Source of the DNA: Botryllus schlosseri
Lineage: Eukaryota
Direction of reading: 5' to 3'
Assembly: GCA_051294905.1 (NCBI GenBank)
Contig: CM119378.1
Location: 5,394,001 to 5,458,000, forward strand
DNA length: 64,000 nucleotides
In this document: positions 40,947-53,721 of the stretch, in pieces
How positions within the stretch are numbered: the first letter of the stretch is position 1
Layout: each line of letters begins with the position of its first letter
Made by a program: the position numbers and the translations under genes
Notes under the pieces: model-generated
Database searches by the model: none
The model's input: the letters and a program-made list of their open reading frames with translations, nothing else
What the model was told of the DNA's origin: nothing

Positions 40947-43511
40947 GCTTACATAGTGGAAAATAGTATAAATATTATAGTTCTAGTTAATATATCAATT
41001 CTTACTGGAAAGGATATAATTTCTGTATTCGTATAGATCTCTTACTACCCGATTCAGATTCAGATTCGAATACTCGAAATACTTGAGTTGATACCCTTTC
41101 ATTTAACCGTTATCATACGCACGTCAGTGTGTAGTTTTGTGAAAATAATGCATTTCTACAATCTGATGGGTGATGATATCATCATAATTTTACGCTTACG
41201 CGATTTGTTGAGGGCAATAACACCGGCCATGTCATTTTATATATACGCGCGTTCAGACGTGTAGAATGTATCTCCTGTCGGACGGATGAATAGGTTAATC
41301 TCTGTAAGAATCAAATGTGAAATCTAAGTTGTGAAACATAATAATCATACCGTCATCGAAACAGAATGATGAGATGAAAAGTCAGAAATTATCGCCCACA
41401 CATCGAGGGTGGTGTCAAAATCTGACTAAATTAGTGATTGCTAACGTCCGTTGTTAGGATCGGAAGGGAGCATATCACCTGAATCTTGACCCATCGCTAG
41501 TCCCCGATATATTATCGTAATTATCAAAAAGGACAGACTGATAAATATTTGTATATACTTTGCCAGCGGTTCTTGACCGGTGTCCATGGTTCCGTGATTC
41601 AGTCTCACGATTTTCCTGGAGGTTAAGACACACACTAAACGTATACGCATGACACACACTTAACGTATATTTAAGATTTGTTGATGCACAATTCTTTCCA
41701 TGCACCAGTAATCTATAGTAATACATTAGATGTGTATTGTGGCACAATGTTGTTACTATGACTCAACGAAAATTTGGGGTTCCGCGAACGCTTGCAGATT
41801 CGATCAAAGGTCCGCGGGTTAGTAAACGCTAAGAGCCACTAGTAGATACAATAAATGTGTATATATATATGTATATACCTATCTTAGCTGGCCGTTATAC
41901 TCGGCGTAGGCATCACGAAACCAAATATTTGACAACACCGTGACAATACCAACAGCACGTACGGTGTTATCGTAATCATATGACGCGCGTAAACTCTCGT
42001 TGTTACGTCTGATCACCGGCGTTTCGTGACGTCACATAACTTTCACCATGTGATGAGAGTTATTCAAGGAGAAATTCGCTTTGTTGCTAATGAAATAATC
42101 TCCAATGTCATCGTGTACCTAATGATATACCGCTTGCGAAATGAATTTCTATTTTTAACCCGAGTACACAATGTCATTAATCCATTCCAGAAATTCTTGT
42201 GTTATATAATTTTATGATGCCGGATGGGAAATGCTGCTCGTAAGTGACATGCATTGTCGGTTAGGATAATGAGGCAGGCAGTCCATAAAATGATGTTTCC
42301 ATTGCGTAATTCGCGGAAATATAGTATGGCAGACTTGATGCGTACTTGAAAATGTAGGATCATCCTGAGAACTAACTCTATATTGACACGAATTAACTTC
42401 ATAGCAGCGACCCTGCTGATATGAATCGGCAGTCAATGTTGTATAATTGTCACCATCTAAAATCTAGTTTGATACTACAACTATCTTACAGCTAATGACT
42501 GATGATATTGTAGAGTGATGATGATATTCGATAACAATTTCTACATTCAGAACCCTATTGTGATGAAAGATATTACTCTGAATGACTCTGCAATATTTTT
42601 TGTGGGGGAGATGATATTAAATCTGTGAAGAGAAACATGTGTTGATTCGAACCAGCTCTGGTCGCGCTGAAAGTATGAACTAGATTATACACAAGAATAA
42701 CTGTTCAGTGTTTAGAGATGGTCAAAGTAGTCATTGTTAATACTTAAGTAGTGGTAGAAATAATGTCAACCTCTACTTCAGTTCAAGTTGAAGTATAGCA
42801 GTTTCCAAGTACGTAAAAAAGTAAGTGTTTCAGACCTAGTTTGGCCCTGAAAAAAACTGGAATATGTTAAGTATAGAAGTGGATTTAGTATACAATCATA
42901 CCTACTTGAGTAGGCCTGCGCAGTAAAAGTATGAAAAATCAACCCCAGTACTCTGAAAGAGTGTGAGTAGTTCGTTACGGATTCCATCTGGAAACTTAAC
43001 CGCCCCATTATTACTAATGTAATGTCAAATGTTCTGTGTGGGTCATGTCTTAATATGTGTGACGTTGTTATAATCGAAACACGGAATTTAGCTGTGAGTG
43101 GGCCGTTGGTCGGCACAACCGTGATGCGAGTGTCACATTTTCCGTATTATCATAATGACATTACGGTAACATTTCTTTTTAAAGTCGCAATGAAGTGTCC
43201 GTTGACCAAGAACCCGTCTTGAATCTCCTCAATCTTCACTGTGGCTACCTTTTAACGTCCAAACCAACGCCCCTACACCTGTGAATATCGACTTATTCGC
43301 AGATGTATTCAAAGTAGCCATCGTTGATACTTGAGCAGATATATAGAAGTAATGTCGTACACATTTACTCAAGAACAAGTAGAAGTTTTGCCTAAAATAC
43401 AGAAAACTGTTAAGTAGAAACGGACGTAAACGTAAATCATGACCACCTGAGTGAGTAGTGCGAGTACGCAAAACCTATTTGAGTGCCCCGGAAAAGTAGA
43501 AGCTCTTGGTG

Positions 43512-44349
43512 CAGGGATGTCAAACTCAAATTGCGTCGCGGGCCGGATTCAAGCCTTCAAATCCCTCGCGAGCCGGACCAGCCATCAACTGATTCCAAAA
43601 TTTTACCTCTTGCTCTTGCTTTTCACTTGAATATCTTGAAAGCATTTATAGATAATAAACGTATCATGGGTTTTTAAGCGGCAAGTCGCAACATCTTTAT
43701 TCGCGAACAATGGAATTGACAAGAATACGATGGTTGCCTGGTTGAATACAGTGAAGAACCGCTAAAACAGTGGCGTTAACGACGATATAAATTGACATAT
43801 TCTATGCTCCCTTTGATTTAGTGGTAATCTGGCTTTAGCCCTGCATATACGTCGTGAGCAATACAAGATATTTAATTGGGAACGCGGACATAGGAAATTG
43901 GTGTATTATTTTTAAACCGCTTGTCCGGTTTCTCTCATGTCTGGGGATCAATTATGGGTCGAAAGTGACACAGCAGTGCAACCATAGATATTTCAATTAT
44001 ACATTTGTGCAACTAATATATTTTCCATGTAAACTGCATATAACGGTTTCGCATTGGCGTTTACGCTTCTGTGAATAACTACTTTTTCGTCCATATTTGT
44101 ATAAAACTCAAAACTCAGTGAGCATTTTTTGCCTACTTGAAATTGGATGGTTATTTCATCGACCTAATTAATACTAGTGGTAAGTGGAGTGAAACCACGG
44201 CGCCGTAGTCGGGTGGTTATATTGGGGCTTATGAGCATGGAAGTATTTCCTGCAAAATATTTCTACATTTGTTACAAATGTGCCGGAAAATGTAAGATTG
44301 TTTCAATTTACTCAGAATTGCTTCGCGGGCCGTATGTTTGACACCTCTG
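43512..44349. mobile_element. Non-autonomous hAT (Charlie-like) element, 838 bp
   Basis: TIR CAGGGATGTCAAAC/CAGAGGTGTCAAAC; CGCGGGCCG subterminal motifs; TSD TCTTGGTG/TCTTAGTG (7/8). Confidence 0.82.
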
Positions 44350-44371
44350 TCTTAGTGATTGACCTAGTGGC

Positions 44372-44774
44372 CAGAGTTGGACAACTCGAAAAATTTTCAG
44401 GTTTCCGAATTAGACTACAATTCGAATTATAGCTACACAACCCTTTTCAAGATTAGATCAGAATTCGAATTTCTGAATTCGCAACAGAATTGAAACAAAA
44501 TGAAGTTCACTTCATATCAAATGTGGATTCATTCCCATATGCACGAAAATGGCAAATGCGGCGCCCCGGCAAATGTCTGTACATCGGAATTGGCCCGTAT
44601 CGCATCATACAGTGCTCCTGTATAACATTTTCAGCAAAACCAGAATTTAGATTAGAATTAAAATTAAAGCATAGAAACGTTTCACATTTCACAAACTAGA
44701 TCAAAATTAGACTACCAGCTTTTCGCTCTAATAGTCCAGTTAGAAAACTAGAATTACCTAGATATCCAAGTTTT
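44372..44774 (+). mobile_element. MITE family B copy
   Basis: Left TIR cagagttggacaactc; shared internal blocks; degenerate right TIR. Confidence 0.75.
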
Positions 44775-46013
44775 ACGAATTCTGCTCATACGCGACAGGT
44801 CTGCCATCGGTATCATCTAGGTCGGGGTCAGTGTCCGGTAGCATACGCCAATTGCGCAAACTATTTGTTTTCATTTCACCACCACAAGCCTAGAGCCATT
44901 CATTGCCACAAACGCCATAATTTTTTCACCGCGTCACGATATAATCCATGTAATGTCACTGACGCGTAGTACACAGCACAAAAGTAAACACACTGAAATC
45001 GCGAAGTTTTGACTTTCAAAAAGAGAGAGAAAGACCGTCTCCAGCTCTCGATGATATGACGTAATGATTTTCTACGCGACGGCTACAGCGCTCTGCCACA
45101 AGCCCAATCTGCGATGAGCGAGATATTCGTCAGCTAATCACCAGGCTATTTGAATCTTAAGGAGTGTCTGCGTTAGGAAATGTGGCATGCTGTTGACAGG
45201 TTTTGTGCAGCATAACTTCGATAGTCTAAGTATAGACACTGTGCTGTATTTTCTTAACCTATAGCAGACTGTATGTTTGACGTGCAGTGCTGTTAGCGCC
45301 GGTGTGATAAAAGGACTTTGCATTGTAGATTGTAGTTCGCTTCCTCGTGTGATTAATACCTGCATAGCAGCCGTCATTGATAAGCCCGCATTTGAAGTTG
45401 TGAAGTTGCCATTCCTAGCATATCCAGACTGGACCGGACGATTTGACATCCCAATCGCGTGCTGCTAGAATAAAGGAAGGCTATGCTTGCAATTCTATAG
45501 CTTTACAAGTGTGGCGTCTTTTGTTACGCTCGCACAGAGGGCATAGCGTTTGTCGGTGATGTAATCTCTTCGACACTCGATTGGTATGCGGAGCGCGTAT
45601 GTGCGAAATCGATCAGACTTGCTTACAGTAAAGGGTTTCTTGATTAGGCTTGCTTAATGATGTTCGCGGAAGATTACTGAATGTTGTTCGAGATTTCAGA
45701 CAGCCACGAATTTTTGTGATAGGTATTTAAGTATACGCCCGAGGTGTAGCGTTATGATAGAGGTACAAGATGTTATCATGCGTCAGGAGTCTATTCTCAC
45801 GAATTTCTTCTTGGTTCCGACGTTTGTACAGATATTATCGAGTACATTATTGCTTGTTATTAGATAAAGGCGACTTTGCGTTGCGTGCTCTCTGTCGATT
45901 TTCATTTGGCGGCCGCGATCCATATATGGGTCGTAATAATCAGGCGTAGATACCGCCTGGCAAGTTAGCGGAACGAGATAACGCGAGGCTGCATGCCACA
46001 CTTTCACGCGCAG

Positions 46014-46173
46014 CCAACGCGACAAGAGAATTCCGAGGATATTTGCCTCAAGTGCCACAGTCTCGTAGGACGACAGTTCCGAAGTTTAGAGTTAGAGGAT
46101 ACTGCGATCATGCCTCTCGCGCGAAATTTATCGCTGCCTTCGTCCATCGAAAGCCGCACTAAAAAGAGACCAG
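46014..46173 (+). CDS. Candidate upstream/first coding exon of the DUSP (MPLARNLSLPSSIESRTKKRP from ATG 46110)
   Basis: Perfect CAG|GTAAGT donor in phase 1, compatible with exon 53489; pyrimidine-rich acceptor at 46013; open frame. No homology support. Confidence 0.4.
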
Positions 46174-46261
46174 GTAAGTCTTTGAGATGGTATTTGGGGA
46201 AGTTTGATACTGATTACGGTTGCTACAACTCGAGTACTTTCAAGACGGATTCGATTTCAAA

Positions 46262-46575
46262 TCTAGTATTCAATTGAATGATATATTTATATTGACATAA
46301 ACCCGAAATTTTCGCCTGACACTCGTCAGTGGTAATGGTCAACTAGTAGAGAATTAAAAAGAACATTGTATATCAACAATCGTTTCACCAAATATGACGT
46401 CACTTTTTTCACATTCAAATTTATCTAGCCTACAATGGTGTTCTAAAATATCTTGTAGTTGCTGACGATCACCCCTGAAGTTCGTGCCAGTCGAAAATAT
46501 TCAGGTTTATTTCGTTATAATTGTATCATTCAATTGTATATTGATGTCCTGTACCTCAAAGAGTCTTCCCAAATC
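46262..46575. repeat. Repeat family A head-to-head pair with ~40-bp spacer
   Basis: Minus copy ~46262-46393, plus copy ~46432-46575. Confidence 0.85.
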
Positions 46576-49500
46576 GAGTATTAGGCTTGATGACGTCATA
46601 ATATGATATGATATTATTTGTGAAGATGCTATGGGTTGATCGCGACCACGCGGTAAAGTCATTTTCACTAACGCGCGCGTCTTGGTAGTTCGTGTTTTGG
46701 ATGCTGCGATTCAACCAATCGAAGTTTCGAGGGGTTAACTCGGGGTATTTAGTGACGAAACTATAATAATCGTAGATAATTTAACTCTTACTGGAATGCG
46801 GGGCAAAATTTTAGTACTTGGAAGTCGAAAATATGGCTTTCCACTACGTAACTCGAATCATCACAATCAATTTTCGATTCGTGTTTGAATACCCGAGTCA
46901 TTATGCTTAGCTCGAATACCGATAACTTCAGTGACTGATTTTAAAACAAATCTTGATGAATTCACGAATGCATGTGAACTAGTATCTTCTTACATTAATT
47001 ACAATACATGTATCGGAGTACATGGATAGTTTTGATTACCACGTATATCAACAAAGCGAGAAAGAATGCTTGTGACGTAACCGGCGGTAGGGTTATGGAG
47101 ATCTCTCCTACCGGGTCTTAATGACTTAATCGTTCAAAAGTTATAAGTTGTATGTCGAAATTCTTCTTCCGTCGCTTAAAATACGATTTGAAGTACGCGC
47201 ACTGGCAATGGCGAGGCCTAATTTTCTAGTTGAGACAGATCAAAATTACAGCTTTGGTACGCGCGTCTGATTAGCAGGATCATACGCGACACGCAGGAAA
47301 GCTGGTCTGCACGCAAACCTTCTCGTAATTATGGGTATCGCGAGTCGAACACTAGCCTTATATGGAGCTATTAACATACTTTATGAGATCTTTGTCGGAT
47401 TGGAGAATGATTCTCCCTTATTATCGAAGCGGGCATATTTCGTTACATAATGAGATGGTTCAGAAATTAGTTGCATTTTTCTATTGTAGTTCTTTGTGAA
47501 TTTCGAAACCGTTAATCCATTCTGGCAGTAGCGTCCGTGACTTGTGTGCGTTGTTTTTTTGAGATTTTGCGTGGTGAAACAATAATAAAGGAGGATTTCG
47601 TGTGATGGCATGCGTGTCCTCGCGTGCGCGAGACCTAATCGACCATTTGCCACCAAACAGTGTAGTGTTACCTCTTAACGAAAGTCGCTAGGTTGGGAGA
47701 ACGCTGCGAATTTTACATTATGCATCACAATTTCCATCGCTTAAGTCCTGAATGATCATGATCACCAGTGCGTCACTCTTAATAGGCTTCTATGAATGTA
47801 ACATGGTCAATAAACATTATGCTGTGAAAGTTTAGTATGTTGTGGATGCCATAGTTGTATTTTTCGATTTCGAAGCGCAAGGTTTCCGATACACTCATTC
47901 TATTACCGACAAGATTTCGAAAAACGGGAATTCATTTGAAATATTCGTGATATCAATCCGTTATAAGCGAATGATGATTCACGCGTAATCGCTAATTAGT
48001 TAGCGATTCAGTTGAACCAATACAATATTTTCAATGGAATTCAAACCGCGACTAATTTTAACCATCGACATCATAGGTTCCATTTTATTGACTTTGGAGC
48101 TTTTTCATTTGATTGCCCATTTTAGAGTATTTTTAGGATCTCGCGTCGAGGACGGCGTGTTCTTTGCGTTGACGTTATAAATTACAGCTGTCGAGTGCGC
48201 TGAAGTGAACACTCGTTCTGTGGAGAGGCCTAATCTATTTCGTGCATTCGTATGTTGCCAATTGACTTCGTGCGTTTGGAAAAGGGCTTGAACATCGTGT
48301 TTAACTTGGTCCGAAGCTCTCAAATGTAAACATGAATACTTGAAAGCTTTTGAAACGTCCAATATCGTATACTGTATATTGTAAAAAGCCGCAAACTCGT
48401 GGTTGATTTATAACGATGCACAATTTGACATGACCGCGATTAATAGTCACTGAGCAACCGAATTTATTGAATAGGCCTACTATATGGCCTCTTTTAGGAG
48501 GAGTTGTCCTCTTTCTTCAAGAAAAGGGGTGCCCAAATTTCCTCTTTTTGTCATTTCTTGCTAGTTTTTTATAATTTCTACAAGACTTTTGGGCGAGGCG
48601 TATTTATTTCCAAAAGTTTACTGTAGCCAGCCTATTGGAAAAGTGTCGAGAATCTTGACGGTTGTGTATAATTTAAATGATATTTCGTTTAAACAATTTC
48701 CCGATTTTGTTAGAGGGAACCGCAAATTATTCATGAGCTGAATCTATGAAATAAATATGTTTGGTGGTATTTAGGTCAGTTTTTGTTAACTTTTTCCTGC
48801 AACTACCAAGGAACCATCATCATCATCAAACTCGAACTTAATACTTCTACTCTCGCTTTACGGGCCTGCAAAAAAGTCCATTTTTTGGGTTCTGACTATA
48901 TGGTAGACCTGTTATAGTATGTAGTATCATATTATGTTGCCAAGCTAGACCATAGCGTCTCTAACGTATCTAGATGACGTACACGATAACTTCGCGGGGG
49001 TCTATGGAGCGTTGTATTTTCAAAGGCGTCCTCCCAACCCTTTGTGTCCAGTATGGTTCTTTTTATAGTTTCTCTATAGCGAGGTGAACACAGGAATTTT
49101 TTCTCCGTTTATATGTCTACGGTATTTAATTACGTATATAGTACTACGATTGGCGGTAGTTTAGGTACAATAGCTTAACATGGCGTTGGGATTGTGACAT
49201 ACGCACCTCGCCTTCTTTTGTCATATTGAGGTGAATCACCAGCCGCACGGAATTCATTGATTTCAATATTGATCCTATCCTCAGAATATTGACACTTGTC
49301 ATTAATTTCAAAGCGGGATGATATTTGGTCGCGTGTTTTAAGTAAATATATGATATTGTGTCATTGGGGTTGGGTTCTGTAGCATTTGACACCGTTCTTT
49401 CTTCGGATCGCCGTCCAGTGTGGATATTTTTGGATATGTGTCAAATATGTAATATTGTATTTGTGCGATGATTAAGCCCCGTAATACGGAAATTGTATCG

Positions 49501-51245
49501 CGATCAGATTATGTCATAGCTATCTCGGCGTGCTTCGGAGAAAACTAATCAAATCCGTTGGGAGTGTGGTATTGATTTGATTGTGAAATATGCCATGATG
49601 TCATAATGCCAAGCGTGGGGTAACAAACTCTACTCGCCATATGCATGGTAAGCGTGTCTAATCGACTTCGAAATGCACATGTCCGCGGTACGAATGCGCT
49701 GAAATGGGTGATGTAATCGTTTCGTTTGCAACATATGGTTTGTTGCTGGTGTTGGCAGGTGTCGGCTGACATCATAAACAGTCGCGTATCTAAACGCGCG
49801 ATTTTGTGCAGGACCCGCAATTGATACCCGGTGACCTCATTCTTATTATCATTACGAAAATTGAGGCGATTATTACGTCAGCGTGTTTATTAAATTATTC
49901 ACGATTTTGCGAAATTGATTTCTCGGTTCTGGAAATTGTGTTTCGTTGTATTTCGGGAAGTCTTTCAGTGGCTGTGTGATTTTAAAGACTTGGGTGATTC
50001 TGCTGCCAATGGGTTCCTCGCGAGTAATTGACTGTAACTTTCGTCGTAGGGACGATCGCGGCGTTTTTAGTGGAGTATCGCGATGTCTGATTTTGCGTGA
50101 TTCAGCTGTACCGTACCGTTTCGTTCCGTCTGACTTGCTTCAAGTCGATAGAATGTATTGTATATTCGCCGACATCACCCACGCCTCTTCAATACTTCAG
50201 AGTTAAATATACCACGATATTAGTCATGCTCATCCCTTTAATGCGCTCACATGAATGTTATATTTAACTTTACGGATTAGTGAGCGCTACCCATCTGTTG
50301 CCATATATGCAGGGGCCTGATTATGAGTCTCACGAGTCGGTCTGTAATAGTCACATGGTAATGCGCGTGTGATGACGCGCAGTTTCCAGATTCAAGATTA
50401 TGCATATATCACAACTGGCTAATCTTCTTTCCGTTAAACTGGGAGGTCTAAGGATAAATAACTTGACCATCTGCATATAGATCACATTAATGAGACGCGT
50501 AGAGGGCGAATCGTAAATCACAAAAAGGCAAGGATTTTGTCAAGAACATTACGAAGCTTCTCTGCTCAAATTACTGCTGTTTCAAGCAATCATTCTAGAT
50601 GCCCAGTTCCAGTACTTGCGCTGCTCGAGATACTGAGAACGTTCTTTGACTCTACCGTAAATATCAAGATTGGTTGCCAGGAATTTAACTGAATGCAGCG
50701 AATGTTGCGTTAAATACCGCTGGACAGAATACTATGCCATCGCGGAAAACTGTATTTAATGCGTGACATTGAAGATTGCACGGTAGTCAACCATGAACAT
50801 TGAACACTGAACAGGCGTGTTTTTGCTTGTAACATCGGCAACCCGATATATGTTGTATATGCATTTTGGTATATCTGATGTCGCCCTGAGCGTTTAATTT
50901 TATATGCGATTCAGGCTTTATTATCCAAGTGTATTTATGAAAATGAATTGTTATTCGTACGTACGTGTGAGTGATCATTATCGGGGCTCGCTATTTTTAA
51001 GCTGTATAATTGAATATTTGAACTTACGCGGTTGTCTCGAATTGTACTGCCGTATAGGCTGTATGAATGGCGCAATGTCCACGTAAATTGGTCTAGTGTT
51101 TATGTAAAATTCGAAACGGCCTATCCTGAGTAGTTAAGTCTGGAAAATGGCTGCCCGTTGAGTCATTGTAAACGCTCGAGGACTATTCGCACGCAAGCGG
51201 GTTACGTCATGCGAATAACGAGAGTGTGTTGAGATAAGATAGAGA

Positions 51246-51282
51246 ATGGAAAGAAACAAGGCCATCTACTGTAAATCGCCAG
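51246..51282 (+). CDS. Alternative candidate first coding exon of the DUSP (MERNKAIYCKSP)
   Basis: ATG then CCA G|GTatcc in phase 1, compatible with exon 53489; TTACGTCA motif at 51202-51209 upstream; weak donor. Confidence 0.25.
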
Positions 51283-52768
51283 GTATCCTGATAATTGTTG
51301 TGGCGTTTAATGTTTGGAATGGCGATAATAATGGAGCGGACCATGAGCCCGCTGATAGGTCAGCATCAGCCGCCACTGACGGTCAAGATCTAGTAGAATC
51401 TAGCAATGTATGTTCACAGAATAATATTGATGTGATACTGCTGTCGTGGTTGTAATACTATAATTTCGTTACGTTAATTCGGCAATTATTGCTTTGCATT
51501 CACAGTCATATGTAACCTGCCTTGTCCGCATGCAAGCGTCCGTATTGCACTGTACTTCGTATCATATCCTTCAGTGCTATCGGACTTGTGATCTCTGTCG
51601 CAGACACATGAAACACTATACCGAGCTCAACACAACATATGACATCATATTCGTTTGTAATATTACAGGCGTATCGTGTATTTACTGAGTTGTCAGATAA
51701 AAGGATTTAAAAAAAATCGGTTAATGTTTAAGCCGCTGTTGACTTAACCTTCGAATCGATTATACGGGGAAGGTTTTTGTGTGCCGTGCATGCGTCGAAA
51801 TTTACTTTGCGGATATAATCTACAGAGCGTATTTGATGTGTAATACAGAATTTTTGTGGGCATATGTGTTAATCATTACCAACGGGCGAGCTGTTTTTTG
51901 GGTTATGACTGGTCACTCTGAAGAAAAATTGGCTCTGACCTTTTTTATCATATAAATCGTGTGCTGTAGCTGAGTTGTTGTCGAATCGTAAAAGTGTAGA
52001 TTGTATGTCATTTATGATCACATGCGTATGTCTTAGCATATGTTTGTTTCTGTACTTGAGCATTTCCACAAATATTTCGCGAGCCTGTCTCTTCATGATT
52101 TACACCCGTAGACGCAGACCCGCTGTATACAATAGGCGAATACCATGTAATAGCACGACGCGATGATTTAGCATAATGGGGTGTTGAATTCTTCGCGTGA
52201 GAAGACCAGACCGTTCCCGGTCGTTGTTTATCCAAAACGCGCTGGTCTGGCGCAAAATCGGCGTTCTATTTATAGGGACGCGTCCCGTGGGTTATCGCCA
52301 AAAATGCCAAAGCAGATGGGTACATCGCATTACAATGAATTCGCGCAAGGATTCGTGGATTACGTGTAGATACTACCACTACGGAACAACCCCACATATC
52401 TTTAAAAATGAATCACGCAGTCGACACGCATTACAAGCTTCTTCTGTACTGACCAATAGTTGAAATTAGCATCGTCAGCCTTAGTATGCAATTACAATAT
52501 TATCGTCCTTTGGGATTACGGATCCACACCAGTTAACATCGCGCACTGCATGGAATGAAACATTACATCATGTCCAAGTGATCTCGCGGATGGCTTTCGC
52601 AACAGAGCGTGGCTCTTTAAGGACGCGCGGGGCTCGGATAATTGCCATCGCTTTACCGGATAAGCGACGTCATGTTGATTTTTGACCGGGCTCAAGTGGA
52701 TCTTAGGACTTTTGACTTGCGCGGGCTATGGGAGCGAGTCCAAACGGCGCCAATAGAGAACTTGGAAT

Positions 52769-52950
52769 CAGGGTTGGACAAATAGGAAATAACTTTTGAA
52801 TATTAGACTAGAATTAGAGTTACAGCTACACAGTTTTACCCGAATTAGATCAGCGAAGACATCGAAATTGAATAAGCTCAGTTCTCATGAAATCAGAGTT
52901 ACTGCCCGTAAGAAATAGAATGGCAAATCCTGTACAGCCAGTCTCGTTGG
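52769..52950 (+). mobile_element. MITE family B, left half
   Basis: cagggttggacaaatagg...agctacacagtttt...aattagatc. Confidence 0.65.
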
Positions 52951-53488
52951 AATACATCAAAACGGCACGGTGCCTGCACACGCCACCGGTAGTATCTCTG
53001 ATAACTAGGTCAAGATGCTTCTTCAATGCTCAGTGGTGATAATAATCTATAAAGTTTAATATCTCCTGTTGGCGGTCGACTTATAATGGGTTTTACGACA
53101 CTGGCATCATGTTTTTTACTCTGGTTCGTATTCATTCGTTGACGTAATGGTTAAACGAGAGAGCTAATGCTAACGCGAATAAAAAAGGGCATCATGTTGG
53201 CGTTCTCTCTCATTTTTTCGCCTACTTTTAAACGCGTCGTGTGTACGTACGCTTCGCACAAATCGCAATTCCCGAGCAGAATACCCTAGCTCTCTAGCAG
53301 CATACATAGGTGATATCAATATGTTCATTTGCGGTTGGTTATTAATTATTATGCCACAACAGTGGTAGAACGGTATACGGTCTTCTGTAGCTTTTGTAAC
53401 AAGAAAGGCGCTAGCATAGTGTATGACGCTGTATTATGCATCGTGTAGTACAAAGGGCGGTCGATAATGCGCTGTTATTGTGTTACAG

Positions 53489-53721
53489 AATCTCTTTTTT
53501 GCCGTAGTAACACGGAAGTACAAGGCACAAGCCATTGTGCGCAGCAAAGGAATAAGCCGGCGAATTTATTTCTACCTAAAGTCAACCGACCCAACTGTCT
53601 GCCACCGAAGAAGGATATTGTGGATATTAAGACGGAGATTGCGAGTAACGCGTCCTCAGACGAAGCGAAATCGGATACAAACGAACGCAACATTAACGTT
53701 GCTGAAATCACTAACTCAGAC
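53489..53721 (+). CDS. DUSP8/16: DUSP exon (233 bp, phase 1 to 0), low-complexity linker with RNKPANLFLP motif
   Basis: tgttacAG acceptor, GAC|GTaagt donor; open frame; joins in frame to the next exon through an 86-bp intron. Confidence 0.7.

Noticed and set aside
7460-45449. Many 60-145-aa ORFs in the supplied track
   Set aside because: Alternative start codons, no domains, frequent overlap with repeats; consistent with random ORFs.
47125-47230. VISCMSKFFFRRLKYDLK resembling the KIM (CSKLMKRRL)
   Set aside because: Stop codons on both sides, no splice sites, and the DSR...HI motif is missing upstream.
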